Source: Octopus sinensis
Lineage: Eukaryota
Direction of reading: 5' to 3'
Assembly: GCF_006345805.1 (NCBI RefSeq)
Contig: NC_043009.1
Coordinates: 64,666,001 to 64,730,000, forward strand
DNA: 64,000 nt
The position numbers and the translations under genes were made by a program. Under the pieces are notes generated by a model. That model ran no database searches and was not told where the DNA came from. It saw only the letters and a list, made by a program, of their open reading frames with translations. Positions 1 to 21,124 of the stretch are shown here, one piece after another (the first letter of the stretch is position 1; every line of letters starts with the position of its first letter).

Positions 1-1647
1 TACGTGTATGTGTGTGTGCATATGTGTGTGCGCGTGCGTGTGCGTGTGTATGCGTGTGTGTGTTTCTGTGTGTGTGTGCGTGTACACGCGTTCGAAAACA
101 ATAACCTCATTAGACATTTGATCTCGAAATTAAAAGTGGTTGACTGCATTTCGGAGGAAGTTGGTCGTAACAGAAAGTGTTTGTGCATTCATCTTGAAAT
201 GTTTGCATTGTGTAGCTTAACGTAATACCGAGATCAGCTTAAGGAAGTTCGTTGCTTGTGTTGATATCAGCTACGTATAAACAACTCTTGGCCACAGTCT
301 GGATATGGCTCTTAGCAGTCGACTGTCGAGAGGGCGTGGTCAGGCGTTTGTCGATACAAAAAGGCGTCTTGTGTACTGTGGTAGGAACAACGTCACGTTT
401 TCCCTACTTTATTTTGCTTTCAGCTTGAGATTCCTTAAACGCATTAATTACTGGTAGGGCCACCGTATTTCGTAATGCAACCAAATATATTACAGGCTTA
501 TAAGTCAATACTGTGCCCCACTGAGTTAGCAGTGCAATTCAGCCACATTTTAAAGTTATATCTTCAGATTTTTCTTTAGAAATAAGAACCATCGCTGGAA
601 GTCACGACATTTCGTATACAAATATGTCCATATAAACAATGCGATTGAAGATAGAAAAATAATGGGTATATGCATATTTCGGGAGTTCTTGTTCTTTCTT
701 CAGTGTCACATCCAGCACGTTAACCACTCAAGAACACATTGCTTAAATAGTCACTAAATTTTAAAGGTAATGATTCTAAGAGTTTTAATTTTGGATAGAG
801 ACTGGACGGCTGATTATGTTATTTAAGACATTAAATCAGGATAAATAATTTATGTATTCTATGTTGCTACGCTGTTGCGCTCCGGAAAATTGCGGTTCGT
901 CTTGTATCCAGCGTGTTTACAATTTTTCTACAAAACCCGAAAACCGTTATAGTGTTTTGTTATTAATAGCTTTTTTTTTTTGCCTGTTTAAGGCGGCGAG
1001 CTGGTAGAATCGATTTCACGCTGGGTGGGGTGACTAGCTGCATTTCTTCTGACTTTATGTTCTGAGTCCAAATCCTGCTGAAGTCGACTTTGCCTTTCTC
1101 AATAGGTACTGGGATCAATGTAATCGATTAGGCCCCATCCTCTCCCAAAATGTCACGCTTTGTGCCTCTAGTAGAAAAAATCGTTGTTCTTTTTTTATTT
1201 AGCCATCACTGATCCGGCCATGGCCATCAAGTCCTTTTCGGGTTACGGTGAATAGATTGTTAAATGTGTCCTTTCTTGTTTAAGCCAGTGGAATTTTGAT
1301 TCGAAAGAGATTTGGCTACTATTTTTAACAGGTCAAGCAAATACATAGCCGTTTCAATGTGCAGCTTTGTTACTTATGGTGAAAATACTTTCGTCTTCGG
1401 TGACTTACTGTATTTTAAATGATATTTTGTCGTTGGTAACTCACAAATGTATATCCTTATATGTCTGCCCCCCCTCTCTCTCTTTCCCTATCTGTCTGAC
1501 TATTTATCTACACACACACACACTCACACGCGGATATGAACCATCACCTTTGATTGCGAACTTCATAAAGCAGGATACCGCGATAGGGTTGTAAGTGCTA
1601 AACCTTTCCAGTTTTCCATCGACATTGATAACTCTTATTCTTTTACT

Positions 1648-2038
1648 CATTTACTTGTTTCAGTCATTTGACTGGGGCCATGCTGGAGCACCGTCTTTAG
1701 TCGAGCAAATCGACCCCGGGACTTATTCTTTGTAAGCCTAGTACTTATTCTATCGGTCGCTTTTGCCGAACCGCTAAGTTACGGGGACGTAAACACACCA
1801 GCATCGGTTGTCAAGCGATGTTGGGGGGGACAAACACAGACACAAATATATATACACATATATATACATATATACGACGGGCTTCTTTCAGTTTCCGTCT
1901 ACCAAATCCACTCAAAAGGCTTTGGTCGGCCCGAGGCTATAGTAGAAGACACTTGCCCAAGGTGCCACGCAGTGGGACTGAACCCGGAACCATGTGGTTG
2001 GGAAACAAGCTGCTTACCACACATCCACTCCTGCGCCT
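1648..2038 (-). mobile_element. Octopus tRNA-derived SINE, family A
   Basis: Reverse complement of head aggcgcaggagtgg...ggttccgggttcagtccc, with a body shared with many copies in the window. Confidence 0.85.
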
Positions 2039-2415
2039 AAGCAGAAAAAATAAGAACGATGTCTCATCTATCGGAGGGGATCAATGACTGAATGGAACAA
2101 TGCTGTCTTCTCTCATGCATCATAGTTCACTCTTTTTCTTCACTTCGGGGTGAGTTTATGACTGGAGACAGTTTATGACTGCACACAATGATTTTTTTCT
2201 CTCGTTTTCCCGTTCTCTGTCCTTTCGTTTCTTCTCAATGCTTTGTGACAAAGAGCGAAGGCTCGAAACGTCAAAGATTTCTCCATTCTCCCGAGCGTTA
2301 AACTAATAGACTTGATTGTTGATCCTCAACTTGTCTTCGTCTTTTGTTTACCGTAAATTCGAACTGTCTCTTTCTCTCCCCCTCTCTCTGTCTTTGTACA
2401 CACACACACACACAC

Positions 2416-2498
<83 letters not shown>

Positions 2499-2858
2499 TG
2501 GCACTCCGTCAGTTACGACGACCAGGGTTCCAGTTGATCCAATCAACGGAACAGCCTGCTAGTGAAATTAACGTGTAAGTGGCTGAGTACCTTTAACGTA
2601 GTTCTCGGGGAGATTCAGCGTGACAAGGCTGGCCTTTTAAAATACAGGTACAACAGAAAGAGGGAGACAGAGAGAAAGCTGTGGTGAAAGAGTACAGCAG
2701 GGTTCGAATATAAAATTATTATTTATATATTTATATATATATATTTATATATATATATATTTATATATTTATATATTCTAGCAAAAACTGTCTGATGAAC
2801 GGCAACGAGAAACTCAGAGTAACAGATTTTGTTGAATTTTCTGCTGCTTAAAATAAAG

Positions 2859-2903
<45 letters not shown>

Positions 2904-4896
2904 ATATATATATGTGTGTGTTGTGTGTGTGTGTGTTGTGTGTGTGTCTGTGTCTGTGTGTGTATGATAGCTGTCCACTCGTGACACTGACCATTAAGGA
3001 CGTTGTATACTCAGACAAATTTACACTTTACACTTGTGGCTCCACCGATGATTAATGAGCCCAACCCATGATAAACATACGTGGATCACCACGTCAAAGA
3101 AACGTTCGCCGAAAGAAAAAAACACACATGCATGATGTACAGGCATACATAAATGCCTATGTATCCGCGCACGCACACAGACAGACACACACACACGCGC
3201 GCACACATGCCTGTATTTCTGCGTGCGTACGTTTGAATGATTCACCAGATCACCTTTGCGCGAGCGAGTGTTTCAATACAACATAATTGAACGTGAGCGC
3301 CAGAGCTTCTCTTAAATGCCTTCAGAGAGTTCTCGTCTACAGATATAATAGAACAATGGATAATTCAAGGTCATTGACATAATACACAGATGTGTATCTG
3401 CATTTCTCTTCTCCTTCTTCTTCCTTCATCTTTTTCTTGCTTAACGCTTATTTGTTTGTTTGTTTGTGTTGTTCAATTACACACACACACCCTCCCGTTT
3501 GACACTCTCTCTCTCTCTCTCTCTGTTTCTCTTCTTGAGACGAAAACGTGTAAATAGGCTGGTGTAAGTCTGCAGACAATATGTTGGAAGTTATTCTGTA
3601 AATACAATATTTTAGTAGATAAAAGACTGTAAGAAACGCGTTATAACATTCTTTTATCTCTACGGTAATGTCTTGAAAATGTTGGCAACCTCGTTTCGTT
3701 CTTTATTATTTGATGTTGTCTTGAGTTTGGGCGGGTGAGATTAAAAAAAAAACACTTATCCCACCTCTACAACTGCTTGTTCTTGCGGTTGCTCTCAATG
3801 TTGCTGCTGCTGCTGTTTGTTTGTTTGTTTGTTGAGCGAAGCGGTCTTCGTCCCAGTAGTGGGAGAAGTCATAAACGTAGTCCTTTGCTATTCGTAAGAC
3901 CCGCAGAAGAGAAAGCAGGTCAACCCCCGACACTGAGAGCATCGTCGGATGGATGAATGCGCATCCAGGGCTCAGCGGTTGCGTAGGTAGTCGGGGTGCT
4001 GCTGCTGTTGTTGTTGTTGTTGTGTTGTTAAGCAACAAGACGGGTGAGGGTGATTAGGTGATGGTCTAGGGCTTAGGGGCGGGAGACCCCAGACCCTGGA
4101 AAAAAAAACTTTGGTCGTCTTGTTGTAGTCGAGGGCTCTTCATTGACACCTGACACCACCGGGAGGTGGCCCTCGAAGTCGCTGCAAATGGAGATCTCCA
4201 GGTCCAAATTCTTGAACGGCTGCTGCTGCTACTGCTGTTGTTGTTTGATTCCAGGTCAGCCCAGCTGGAGTAGAGCATGGATCCAAAGTGTTGCTGTTGT
4301 TGTTGTTCGATCTCAGGTCAATTGTGATCACGCGAACCAATAATCAAAAGTGTTTATTTTTGCCTAATTAAAAAAAAATTAATTCAGTGAATATAGAAAG
4401 AATTACGTTGTTTAAAGATGTCCTTGTTCTTTTTAAATGCAACGGAATGAATGCTAGTTGTACCTATGTTATTGTTGCGGTAGTTGTGGACCAGTGGTTT
4501 CTAACTAGTTCTTACTTGCGGTCCCTTTCCATTCCTATTTTATTCTAATGGTCCCCAGTAACCCTTCAAAATAAAAAAAGAAAACTCTATTGTATTATTG
4601 TAATTAAATATTATAAGGAAATGTATAAACGATATTGTTTAAATATTTTGTGTTTCGTTGAAGTATAACCAAATTAAAGCTCATCAATTTTAAGAGAAAA
4701 ATTTTACATGGCATCTAAGGGTCAAGTGACTCCCGAATGGAAACTACAGTTGTAGTTTACTGCCCTTACTGTTTCTCTCATCACTCTTCCCGCTGGTGTT
4801 GTCGTTGCTATTACTGCTACCCTTGCTGCTGTTGCTGCTACAGTTCTTACTATTGCTGTGGCTGATTTTGTTGTTGCTGCTGCAGGTATTTTGGTA

Positions 4897-4948
4897 GTTA
4901 CTACTACGACTACTACTACTACTACTACTACTGCTACTACTACTACTG

Positions 4949-4980
<32 letters not shown>

Positions 4981-4987
4981 GCTGCTG

Positions 4988-5018
<31 letters not shown>

Positions 5019-5020
5019 CA

Positions 5021-5074
<54 letters not shown>

Positions 5075-5075
5075 T
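4897..5075. repeat. (ACT)n microsatellite
   Basis: Long tactactac run. Confidence 0.95.
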
Positions 5076-5739
5076 TGCTACTCAAATTCCGCCGAGGTCG
5101 ACTTTGCCTTTCGTCGTATCGGTGTCGATGAAATAAATACTAGGGTCAATGTAATTGACTTTCTCCTCCTCTAAAAAACAAAAACCAAGAAAACAGAAAT
5201 AACAACAACAAAATAAAACCCAAACAAAACTGTTCTAAAATTTGAAACCGTTGTCATTTCGAATCGTAACGGCACCGGACAAAATGCTTAACGCCATTTC
5301 GTCCGTCTTTACATTCTGAGTTGAAATGCCGCAGAGGTCGACTTTAACTTTCATTGTTTCAGGATCGATGTTATAGGGCCAGCCCCCCCCCCCAATTTTC
5401 AGGCCTTATGTCGATAGTAGAAAGGATTATTATAATTACTATTGTTGCTGCTGTTGTTTTCGTTAGTGTTGCTTTACAGCTGTTTCGTTATTACTGCTTA
5501 TATTGTTATGGAGACTGCTACCGCTGCAAAAACGAAAAGTGTCGCTGAAGAGATCACAGCTGTTTGACGAGAGATTTCCGGACAATGGACATGAGTTAGA
5601 ATAAGAATAAATGAGAGAACAAATATATAGTGCGTGTGTTTTATTTGGCAAAAAAAATATTTTAACACACGGTTTCACATCAGGAATCTTGCAACACAAA
5701 TTGATGAACGTATATATATATGTATATATACACAAGTTT

Positions 5740-12270
<6,531 letters not shown>

Positions 12271-13232
12271 CTACACACATAATAGGTTCATTCATTAATT
12301 TCATTCCAACAACAAGCAAACAAAAATATACTTTACATAACCACATGTTCGCAAGACTCATGCGTCTTCACAAACTCGGTCACAAAAGTATCAGAACCGC
12401 GGAAGTGGCATTCCGATCACGACTACTCCAAGATAAAATCTGAAATATTGTTGAAATCTTGTACAATTTGACAGTAACTGCCTTGTAATAAATCTTGTGT
12501 CTTATTACATTCGTTTATCAACTGCCGGAATGGTTTTGAGTAGAATGAGGAATTCATCTTCTTTGTCTAACGAGTTTTTAATTAACAATGAAGTGTGAGC
12601 GTCGAAGCGAAGACGTAATATGGCAGCCACTCGAGACGGCGATGTCGTTTTAATTACATTCATGAAAAATATATATACTGTGCTTAATTTACTTAGCTAA
12701 TACATGGATAAGCGTGAATGAACGTCACAGCGTCACGTATTTCTATTGTTTATAAATCAAGATTTCCCTGCTTGTGCTTTAGAATTTCATTTTTGCTCCC
12801 ATTGAAAGTGGACCAAACATGCTTCGCCGACTCCCTTCACCGAAGGCATTGTTATTGATGTTGATGTTGTACAACAGAGAATAAAGACAAAACAAACGCG
12901 CTTATCTTTTCATTCTTTCTAAAGCTGAGGGTCTTGTGGTTGTGTTAGATATTACTATTACTCGAGGTAAGATAAGGGGGCAAAGCTGGTGGAGCGCCGA
13001 ACAAAGGGTCTTGTATTTAGCTACAACAAGTGTAATTCCAGCTGGGGTCAGCCTTACTTTTCGTCCTTTCTGGGCCGATAAAGTAAGAACCCTTCACAAC
13101 AATTCCAGCTATTGTGTACAAGATAAGGAACAAATATCATTTATTTTAAGGTAGAGTGTCTACTACAATAACCTCGGGCCGACCAAACCTTGTGAGTGAA
13201 TTTGGTAGGGGGAAACTGAAAGAAGCCCGTCG

Positions 13233-13264
<32 letters not shown>

Positions 13265-13508
13265 ATATATTATATATACATACATACATACATATGTGTG
13301 TCTGTATCTTTGTGCTGGTAAGTGTGCTTGTCCCCCTTACCACGCGTTACAACCGGTTTTGGTGTGTTTACGTCCCAGTAACTTAGCGGTTCGGCATGAG
13401 ACACCAACAGAACATATACAAGGGTAACTTCTGCAAGGCGGTGCCCCAACATGGCCACAGTCTAATGACTGAAACAAGTAAGAGTATATGCGTGTGTGTG
13501 TACGTGTG

Positions 13509-13598
<90 letters not shown>

Positions 13599-13768
13599 CC
13601 GTGAGCGAATGTGCATGCGACTGTATGTTACTGTTCGTAGTGTAATCGTTTGAGCGGCAGTGGGTGAGCTCACTCTCAACTGATCTATCTATTCGCACTT
13701 TATCTGTCATACAATGTGGAAGTACTTGAATACATTAGCTGATACTATAAGTATTCTAGACACCTAAT

Positions 13769-13801
<33 letters not shown>

Positions 13802-13894
13802 CATTCTCTTTTTCTGTCTTCTCTTTGTAGCTTTCATTCATCTCCCCCTCTCTCTCTCTCTCCTTCTCTCTCTCTTCTTCTCTCTCTCTCCTTT

Positions 13895-13926
<32 letters not shown>

Positions 13927-14385
13927 CCCTCTCCATGTCCCTCGTTCTTCACAAAACGATTCCTACAAATATCTACATCGATGACAATACACTATGTAAA
14001 AATAAAATCCTGCCAACGAAGGGCAGGCAACCCAGCGGTTCTCAGTCAACTTATACCTCTGGACCCCTGGGAAAATGCTGGAGTGGAACGGAATAGAATT
14101 AGAGGGTATTGGCGGGGTGGTGCTGTGTGCACCTCTGATCAATAAAAGATAGAAACATCCACGAAACTTCACTTAATTCATCCTCTACTGCTCTTGACCC
14201 TTTCGTTACCAATCCGACTGAAACCGCCTCTGGCTCTGAGTACAAATGTCTTGTTTTCATAACTTTTCAATTAAAATCTTCCACCAAACCTTAGTCACAA
14301 TTTATGTGTCTAACACTAGCTGAATGATAACTAAGTTATTTTACTAAATTCGTTGTTATATTTAAAATTAATTGAAAGAAATATA

Positions 14386-14795
14386 GAGGCGTAGGAGTGG
14401 TTGTGTGGTAAGTAGCTTGCTTACCAACCACATGGTTCCAGGTTCAGTCCCACTGCGTGGCACCTTGGGCAAGTGTCTTCTACTTAAGCCTCGGACCGAC
14501 CAAAGCCTTGTGAGTGGATTTGGTAGACGGAAACTGAAAGAAGCCTGTCGTATATATGTGTATATATGTATATATATGTATGTGTGTGTATGTGTTTGTG
14601 TGTCTGTGTTTGTCCCCCTAACATCGCATGACAACCGATGCTGGTGTGTTTACGTCCCCGTAACATAGCGTTTCGGCATAAGAGACCGATAGAATAAGTA
14701 CTAGGCTTACACAGAATAAGTCGTGGGGTCGATTTGCTCGACTAAAGGCAGTGCTCCAGCATGGCCATAGTCAAATGACTGAAACAAGTAAAAGA
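14386..14795 (+). mobile_element. SINE family A
   Basis: aggcgtaggagtggttgtgtggtaagtagc...ggttcagtcccactgcg...actgaaacaagtaaaagag. Confidence 0.85.
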
Positions 14796-15523
14796 GTAGA
14801 AAGAGTAAAAAAACATCTCAAAATAAATACAGTAATGAAAGGGTTAAGAAGAAGGGCATATTGGAAAAGAAAAGGTGCCATGGGTAGGCGGCACTATTAC
14901 GAATATTGGGTTGTTTTTCGTTAGGAGTGTCATTCAGAAAGTTCCGCGGGTCACAATGACCCACGGCTGGATTAAACAATAATGTGGTGCTCAAAAAATT
15001 AATCTCACGAACAGCTGAACGGATGTCAAGGGAGACTATTCGCACTAAACAAATATATTTCCGAATATGAAATGTAAGGGAAATAACTGCGGCCTACCTT
15101 TCTCAACGTTTTCGATTACTGTAAAAACACAGACCAAATATTAAAAGAAAAAAGAATAAATGTATTGTTTCAAATACGCATGTCGGATAGGATTAGTTAT
15201 GTAGACATGGAAACAGTTCTGTGAAGTTGGATTTAATAAATCTGTCGTTTTATTTTGAATTATGCTCGTTTATTGTGAGAGTAACTCCATTATCAGCCAA
15301 CCTAACAGATTAGCGGGTACAATATCAATAGTTCGGAAAATGACGGTGGTTTGTTGTTTTGAAGATAGAGTAGTTGATGCCTCGGAGAAAGTTTTGTTCT
15401 GTACGCACGTGGTTCGAGGTTCAATTCCATTACGCAGATCAATGAAATAGAATTTTCACTTTTTCGATGACCACGGACATCGTAGCAAAACTGATCACGC
15501 ACACACACATACACACATATTTT

Positions 15524-15561
<38 letters not shown>

Positions 15562-15599
15562 TATAGTGTGGATGGATGGATGAATCACACAATTATAAG

Positions 15600-15984
15600 C
15601 AGTAGAACCTCGCAGTACGAGTGCTCCATTGTACGAGTGACTTGCTGTACGAGTCGAGACTCGTGCGAATTTTTGTCTTGAAGTACGAGCGGAAATCCAC
15701 AGTACGAGCACACACATCGCCCCATCTTTAAGATAATTCAGTTAATAAAACCAGTTTACACATTTCTTTTGCATTCTCTTTTTTATAATTGTCATTTTAC
15801 TCGTAACTACAATTTTTCTGTTTTAAAACCCATAAGAAATTATTTTAACTGGTTTTTGTGGGGCCGGAACGGATTAATTATATTTTAGTTAATTTCAATG
15901 GGGAAAATTGATTTGTAAAACGAGTAAATCGCAAGACGAATTCGGTCATAGAACGAATTAAACTCGTACTGCGAATTATCACTG
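15600..15984. mobile_element. Pogo/Tigger-like MITE
   Basis: Imperfect TIRs cagtagaacctcgcagtacgagt ... actcgtactgcgaattatcactg-TA. Confidence 0.6.
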
Positions 15985-16169
15985 TACTTGCATAACGCGT
16001 ACGCACATACATGGCTGAGTAGTAAGAAGCTTGATTCCCAACCACATGGTTCCGGGTTCAACCCCACTGCGTAGCACCTTGGGTAAGTGTCTTCTACGAT
16101 AGCCTTGGTCCGACTAAAGCCTTGTGACGGAAACTGAAAGAAGCTCGTTGTTCGTGTGTGTGTGTGCCA

Positions 16170-16920
16170 GTGTTGATCCAAACTTTTGGGATACTTGATT
16201 GGTCCGTAGAGGAAATCTACACCATAGATATCAAAACCCGCAAAATCCTGACAACAACTGGGAATTTCCACAAAAACAGTAATGTTGACAGGTTCTACAT
16301 AAGAAGAAATGAAGGTGGTAGAGGCCTGAGATCAGTGCGGACGGCCTTTAAATGCTGTATGGTATCACCCAGGCAGCACCTGCAAAACAACAGCAGCAAA
16401 AATAAATATATTAATGCAGTGCTGAACAGTGAAGTGAGCAACATTGTATGTGTTGGCAGTGAACTCCTCAAGAAACACTCCTATCGTGATAATCTCCTAT
16501 ACCGCCCCAAAATAGCTGGGCTCTCTTACCTCAGGGAAGACCTGGATGGAAAACATTCAGCATACAAAGGAAAAAGACTATGCATACGTATGCTGCCCGG
16601 AAGCTTAAAGAAGACAATAGAACTGACACGAAGCGCAGCCTCTCTTGGACACAGGACCACTTGCCCCATAGTACCTGGTGAACAAGAGAAACAGTGACGC
16701 TCCTGTAATCCCAAGGGGCAACTACATGTGTAGGCTATGTCATGTTTCCGTGGAAAACATTACGCATGTGATTAGCAGCTGTCCTAAAATGTCGTCACGG
16801 TACTGCCTTCCTATGCAGTACAATGTTGTTGCTAAAACAATTTACAATGCCACCCGCAAAAACGACTGTCCTGAAATAAACTTAGAAAATCCCTCTGTTA
16901 TGGAAATACATTAATAAATA
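16170..16920 (+). mobile_element. RLE-type (R4-like) non-LTR retrotransposon fragment
   Basis: ORF with W...IDIKTRKILT..GNFH..S.VDRFY..R.EGGRGL (post-RT region), then frameshifted CRLCHVSVENITHVISSCPK (CCHC knuckle). Confidence 0.8.
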
Positions 16921-17123
16921 CCAAACTCAAGGAATATAACATCAGTGCGACAAGAGAATTCCTCCCAGACGCGTATCAGCATATCACGATCCACTGAGTA
17001 CTTCCCTGGCTGTCTGGTTAAATGCTTTATCAAAGTTTTTCCATTTCCCTTCTATGTCAATATCTTCTGGAATCGCCTCAAGCAAAGCAAATTTATTATT
17101 TACTTCCATAATGACCTTACTTT

Positions 17124-17329
17124 TGATATGCTGATACGCGTCTGGGAGGAATTCTCTTATCGCATTGATGTCGCCCATGCTGCAGGTGGTGGCCACATTG
17201 AACACTTGTAAGTCAGGAAATAAAAAATGAACCTGAGCAAATCCTTATGACTTAGCTGGAGTTTTCTGTTTCTTTTCCTTATTAAAATATTATGCAATGA
17301 AATCGGTTCATTCTTTCTGAATAACCCTG
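17124..17329 (+). mobile_element. Tc1/mariner transposase 3' remnant with right TIR
   Basis: DMLIRVWEEFSYRIDVAHAAGGGHIEHL* C-terminus, then ...aatcggttcattctttctgaataaccctg-TA end. Confidence 0.75.
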
Positions 17330-19422
17330 TATTATGTGTTTCCATGTCTGCAAGTTTACAGCTGTCAGCAGTATAACTGTCGTCATGGCTAAGACCAACA
17401 AAAGAGCAAGCGCATCAGCGCCATTATTATTGACGTCTGTAAATGAAGGAGCAATTGTGTCACTGTAAACTCGACATCCAGTGTGCATCGTTCCGGGAAT
17501 CGTGAGTTATTGATCTATCTCTAAAAGCTTCGAACTTGTCGTAACCGGTAAATGTTGCTTTATAATGAGATATCTAGCTGAATGTTGTGGAGCGCACGCG
17601 CGTTTGTGTGTGTGTGTCTGTGTTGAGAGAGAGGGAAGGACAGAGAGTGAGAGGGAGAGAGAGAGAGAGAGAGAGAGAATGAGAGAGAGAGAATTTCTTT
17701 ATTCACCATAAGGTTGAGAAAAAGAGGAGACAATACGAGGACAGACGAAACAAACATTGGGGTCAGGGTATCGAATGAGACGAAACGTATGAATAAACAA
17801 ACAATTAAAATATATACAATTAAATGAGAATGAGTGATTAACAAAAAATGAAGCGGAGGACGCGGTCGACCCCACAAACCACATACTCACACTGAAGACT
17901 TTGCTTTCTCCTTTTTTATATTCTCGTTTAAACAGGTTCTTTCACTCGCAGCATACTTCCATCTTTTACGAAACACACTTTGCAACAGGCAATTCTTCTC
18001 CAGCCTTATTTTCCGTTTCATGTGGAAAGCGAAAAGAAGTGCACGAGCAGTTCATAGCGTTGACGGTTACCACGTATGTATACAATCGTGTATGACAAAT
18101 GCTGTTGGTTTTGAGGAAGAAGCGGCACGTCCCCTTTATTCCACAAGAAACAGAAAGCGAAGCATTTTTCTTGTGAACTTTTGGATATACGATTGCAAAT
18201 ACAATCGGCGGAAATGGCAGGGTTCCCTCGAAAGATCTATATATAAATATATATATATAAGAGCACATAAGTGTACATAAGAGGCATCCATCATAGGACT
18301 CCTTGCACGCTAGAGAGAACAGTTAAATTCCAAACCACTATTAGGGATAAAATTTCGAAGGGAATAAATAATAAAAACATTTACCATCTAACTCCTGTAC
18401 CAATGGTTTCAGACTTTTTTTAGCAAATAAAATGACTTGCTAGGCGAAGTCTTCTTCAGCAGGTACACCTTAGATTAATAACTCAGAGACACTATCCGCA
18501 CAAGAATCAATAGTTAAGTTGGTGTTAACATTTTAACTGTGCACTCTAACGAGTGCATGAGTACAGTATTATCCCTGTACATAGTAGATCTGTTACCACG
18601 ACTGTAGCAAATAAGGTGGAGTCCTTTCTTCTGTTAAGAGGTTTAATAATCGGGAAATATTCTCGTTGTCTTCAGTGCTTACCAGAATGATCGAAATACA
18701 GGTAGAACACCAACTCTCCAGACTCTGATTCTCCAGAACCTCTTTATTACCTGCATAATTTACAGGTACTGAACTGGAGCAGCGTGAAATAAAGTGTCTT
18801 GCTGAATGTCACAACGTCCCACTTGCAATCGAACTCACAACGTTACGATTGTGAACCGAATACCCGAACCACGCACCTGTAATACTTACAATTGAACTCA
18901 ACTATTTTCTTCATTGAATAAATATTTCTAATTAGACTTTTGATGCCCACTAGATTCAATATGCTAACAGAAATTAACTAATTGTTTTTCAAGTCTCCGA
19001 GTAATTAATGTCAATGATTTATTTTCTTCAGTCGATCGCCTCCTCTACCCAGTGAAATCGGTCATCTATGGTTCTTAATTGCCAGACATACCCCTATCTG
19101 TACACGTTCAATAAATCAAAAGAAATCAAGGCAAGCACAGAGGGAATAGACAACTGGTATCGCTTTAATTTCATGCTTCGCTTGGCTCGTATTCAAATTG
19201 CCACTCAAGGGGCGATCAAATATTTATGCCCTTTCATTTGGTCGTCACCCAACTTGGAAAACAGTAAAGTTGATTGAACACCGTCCAATAATCAGAGGGA
19301 TAAAAATAAAGGGTGACCCCCCCCCCCGCTAATGGAATTTTAAAGCCTGTAATTTAATGGTCTGGTTCTGCAGACAATTAAAGCATCGGGTATAAAAAAA
19401 ATTCAAGACGTGGCGGCCGAGC

Positions 19423-19522
19423 NNNNNNNNNNNNNNNNNNNNNNNNNNNNNNNNNNNNNNNNNNNNNNNNNNNNNNNNNNNNNNNNNNNNNNNNNNNNNN
19501 NNNNNNNNNNNNNNNNNNNNNN
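19423..19522. other. Assembly gap (100 N)
   Basis: Exactly 100 Ns, typical of a scaffolding join of unknown size. Confidence 0.99.
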
Positions 19523-19554
19523 CATCACACACACCCACACACACACACACATGC

Positions 19555-19589
<35 letters not shown>

Positions 19590-20220
19590 CACATACACAA
19601 CAGGTTTCTTTCGGTTTCTGACTACCAAATCCACTCACAAGGCTATAGCTGAAGACGCTTGCCCAAGGTGGGATTGAACCCGAAACCATGTGGTTGGGAA
19701 GCAAGCTTCTTACCACACACCCATGCTGTGCCTATAAACAATAACACAAATGGGCTGAGGTTCACTACAGCTGTTTCAGGTGAGTTTTTTATTGGCCCAT
19801 ATCATCACCATCGTTTAACGTCCGTTTTCCATGCTAGCATGGGTTGGACAACTCGACCGGGGTCTGGGAAGCCAGGAGGCTGCACCAGGCTCCAGTCTGA
19901 TCTGGCGATGTTTCTACAGCCGGATGCCAACCACTTCAATTAAATATGCAATTCTTTTTATCCTGGGTGATGACCAAGCCAGTACGATTTCTTTCTCTGT
20001 TGTGATTCATAGATTTGGTTAGCAATTTGGAATAAGGAATCAAAGCTCTTACTGACCGTTTTCCTCTCTCAGTAAAATCTGTTGCCAAGTTCCAGTTACA
20101 AAGGAAGGCCAAGGCAAGTGAAGGCTACAGTCACTGCAAAGAAGTGTCCCCTTAACTCGCCCTCAGGTTCAACCACACTGCAGCATTTGATCCTCTATGT
20201 ATCTGTGTGTGTGTGTATTT

Positions 20221-20475
20221 ATTCATGGCTGGAGGGATACATGTATATACATACATATATAAATATATGGATGGAGGAATGCATGTGTGTGTTTATGTGT
20301 ATAGGTAGATATATATATGGCTGGAGGGATGCATGTATATATGCATATACATACATATATAATATATGAATGGAGGAATACATGTGTGTATGTGTGTATA
20401 TATATATATATACATATATGGCTGAAGGGATGCATGTATATACATACATAATATATGGATGGAGGAATGTATGTG

Positions 20476-20512
<37 letters not shown>

Positions 20513-20704
20513 CATGGCGACTGAAGAAGAGTTTTTTTTCTTTGTGTTAATTGTCCTGTACCCTATTTTTTTGTTGTTTAAAAAAAAATAGTCCAGTTCT
20601 TTGGGTTTGTGTCTATGTTTTCGTTTCTCATTGTGTTCGACGTTTTTTTGGTGTCCTGTACTCATATATGTGTGTATATATACATGTAGAGGTAGGTACG
20701 TACA

Positions 20705-20737
<33 letters not shown>

Positions 20738-20850
20738 GCATATGTTTTATTTATTAATATATATATATATATATAGCTGGAGGGATGCATGTATATATGT
20801 ATATACATACATATATAATATATGGATGGAGGAATGCATGTGTGTGTATA
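20221..20850. repeat. Minisatellite (about 95-bp unit) embedded in TA/CA repeats
   Basis: ggctggagggatgcatgtata...ggatggaggaatgcatgtgtg recurs at about 20226, 20319, 20419 and 20776. Confidence 0.7.
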
Positions 20851-21124
20851 TATATATATAATGTTTGTTTTTATGTTTAATCCTAATAAAAACAATTTTA
20901 CATTCATCCAAGGGCGTTACTCTCTTCTCCTGTAGAGTACAATTTTTTTTTTTTTCTTAAACAAGAATATTAGTGACAGTGACTTCGAAATTTTGGCCAA
21001 TTAAGACATCAATGGACAATGATGGCTTAACTGACTGAAACGTCAAAGTCACTGTCGATAATATTCTCGCTTAAGAATAAGTGTGTGTGTGTGTGGTGTG
21101 TGTGCGTGTGTGTGTGAAACTTAC

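Noticed and set aside
4722-5136. Poly-S/T/V ORFs
   Set aside because: (ACT)n microsatellite; no splice or domain support
17885-18240. Minus-strand GTGAGT donor with upstream unique sequence as a continuation of the gene
   Set aside because: No open frame reaching the donor and no recognisable motif
19940-20078. Possible further exon after R7 (NFTERGKRSVRALIPY..., or RKKSYWLG in another frame)
   Set aside because: Weak acceptor, no clear donor, and the YW context lacks the R..R...P pattern of the CENP-C motif
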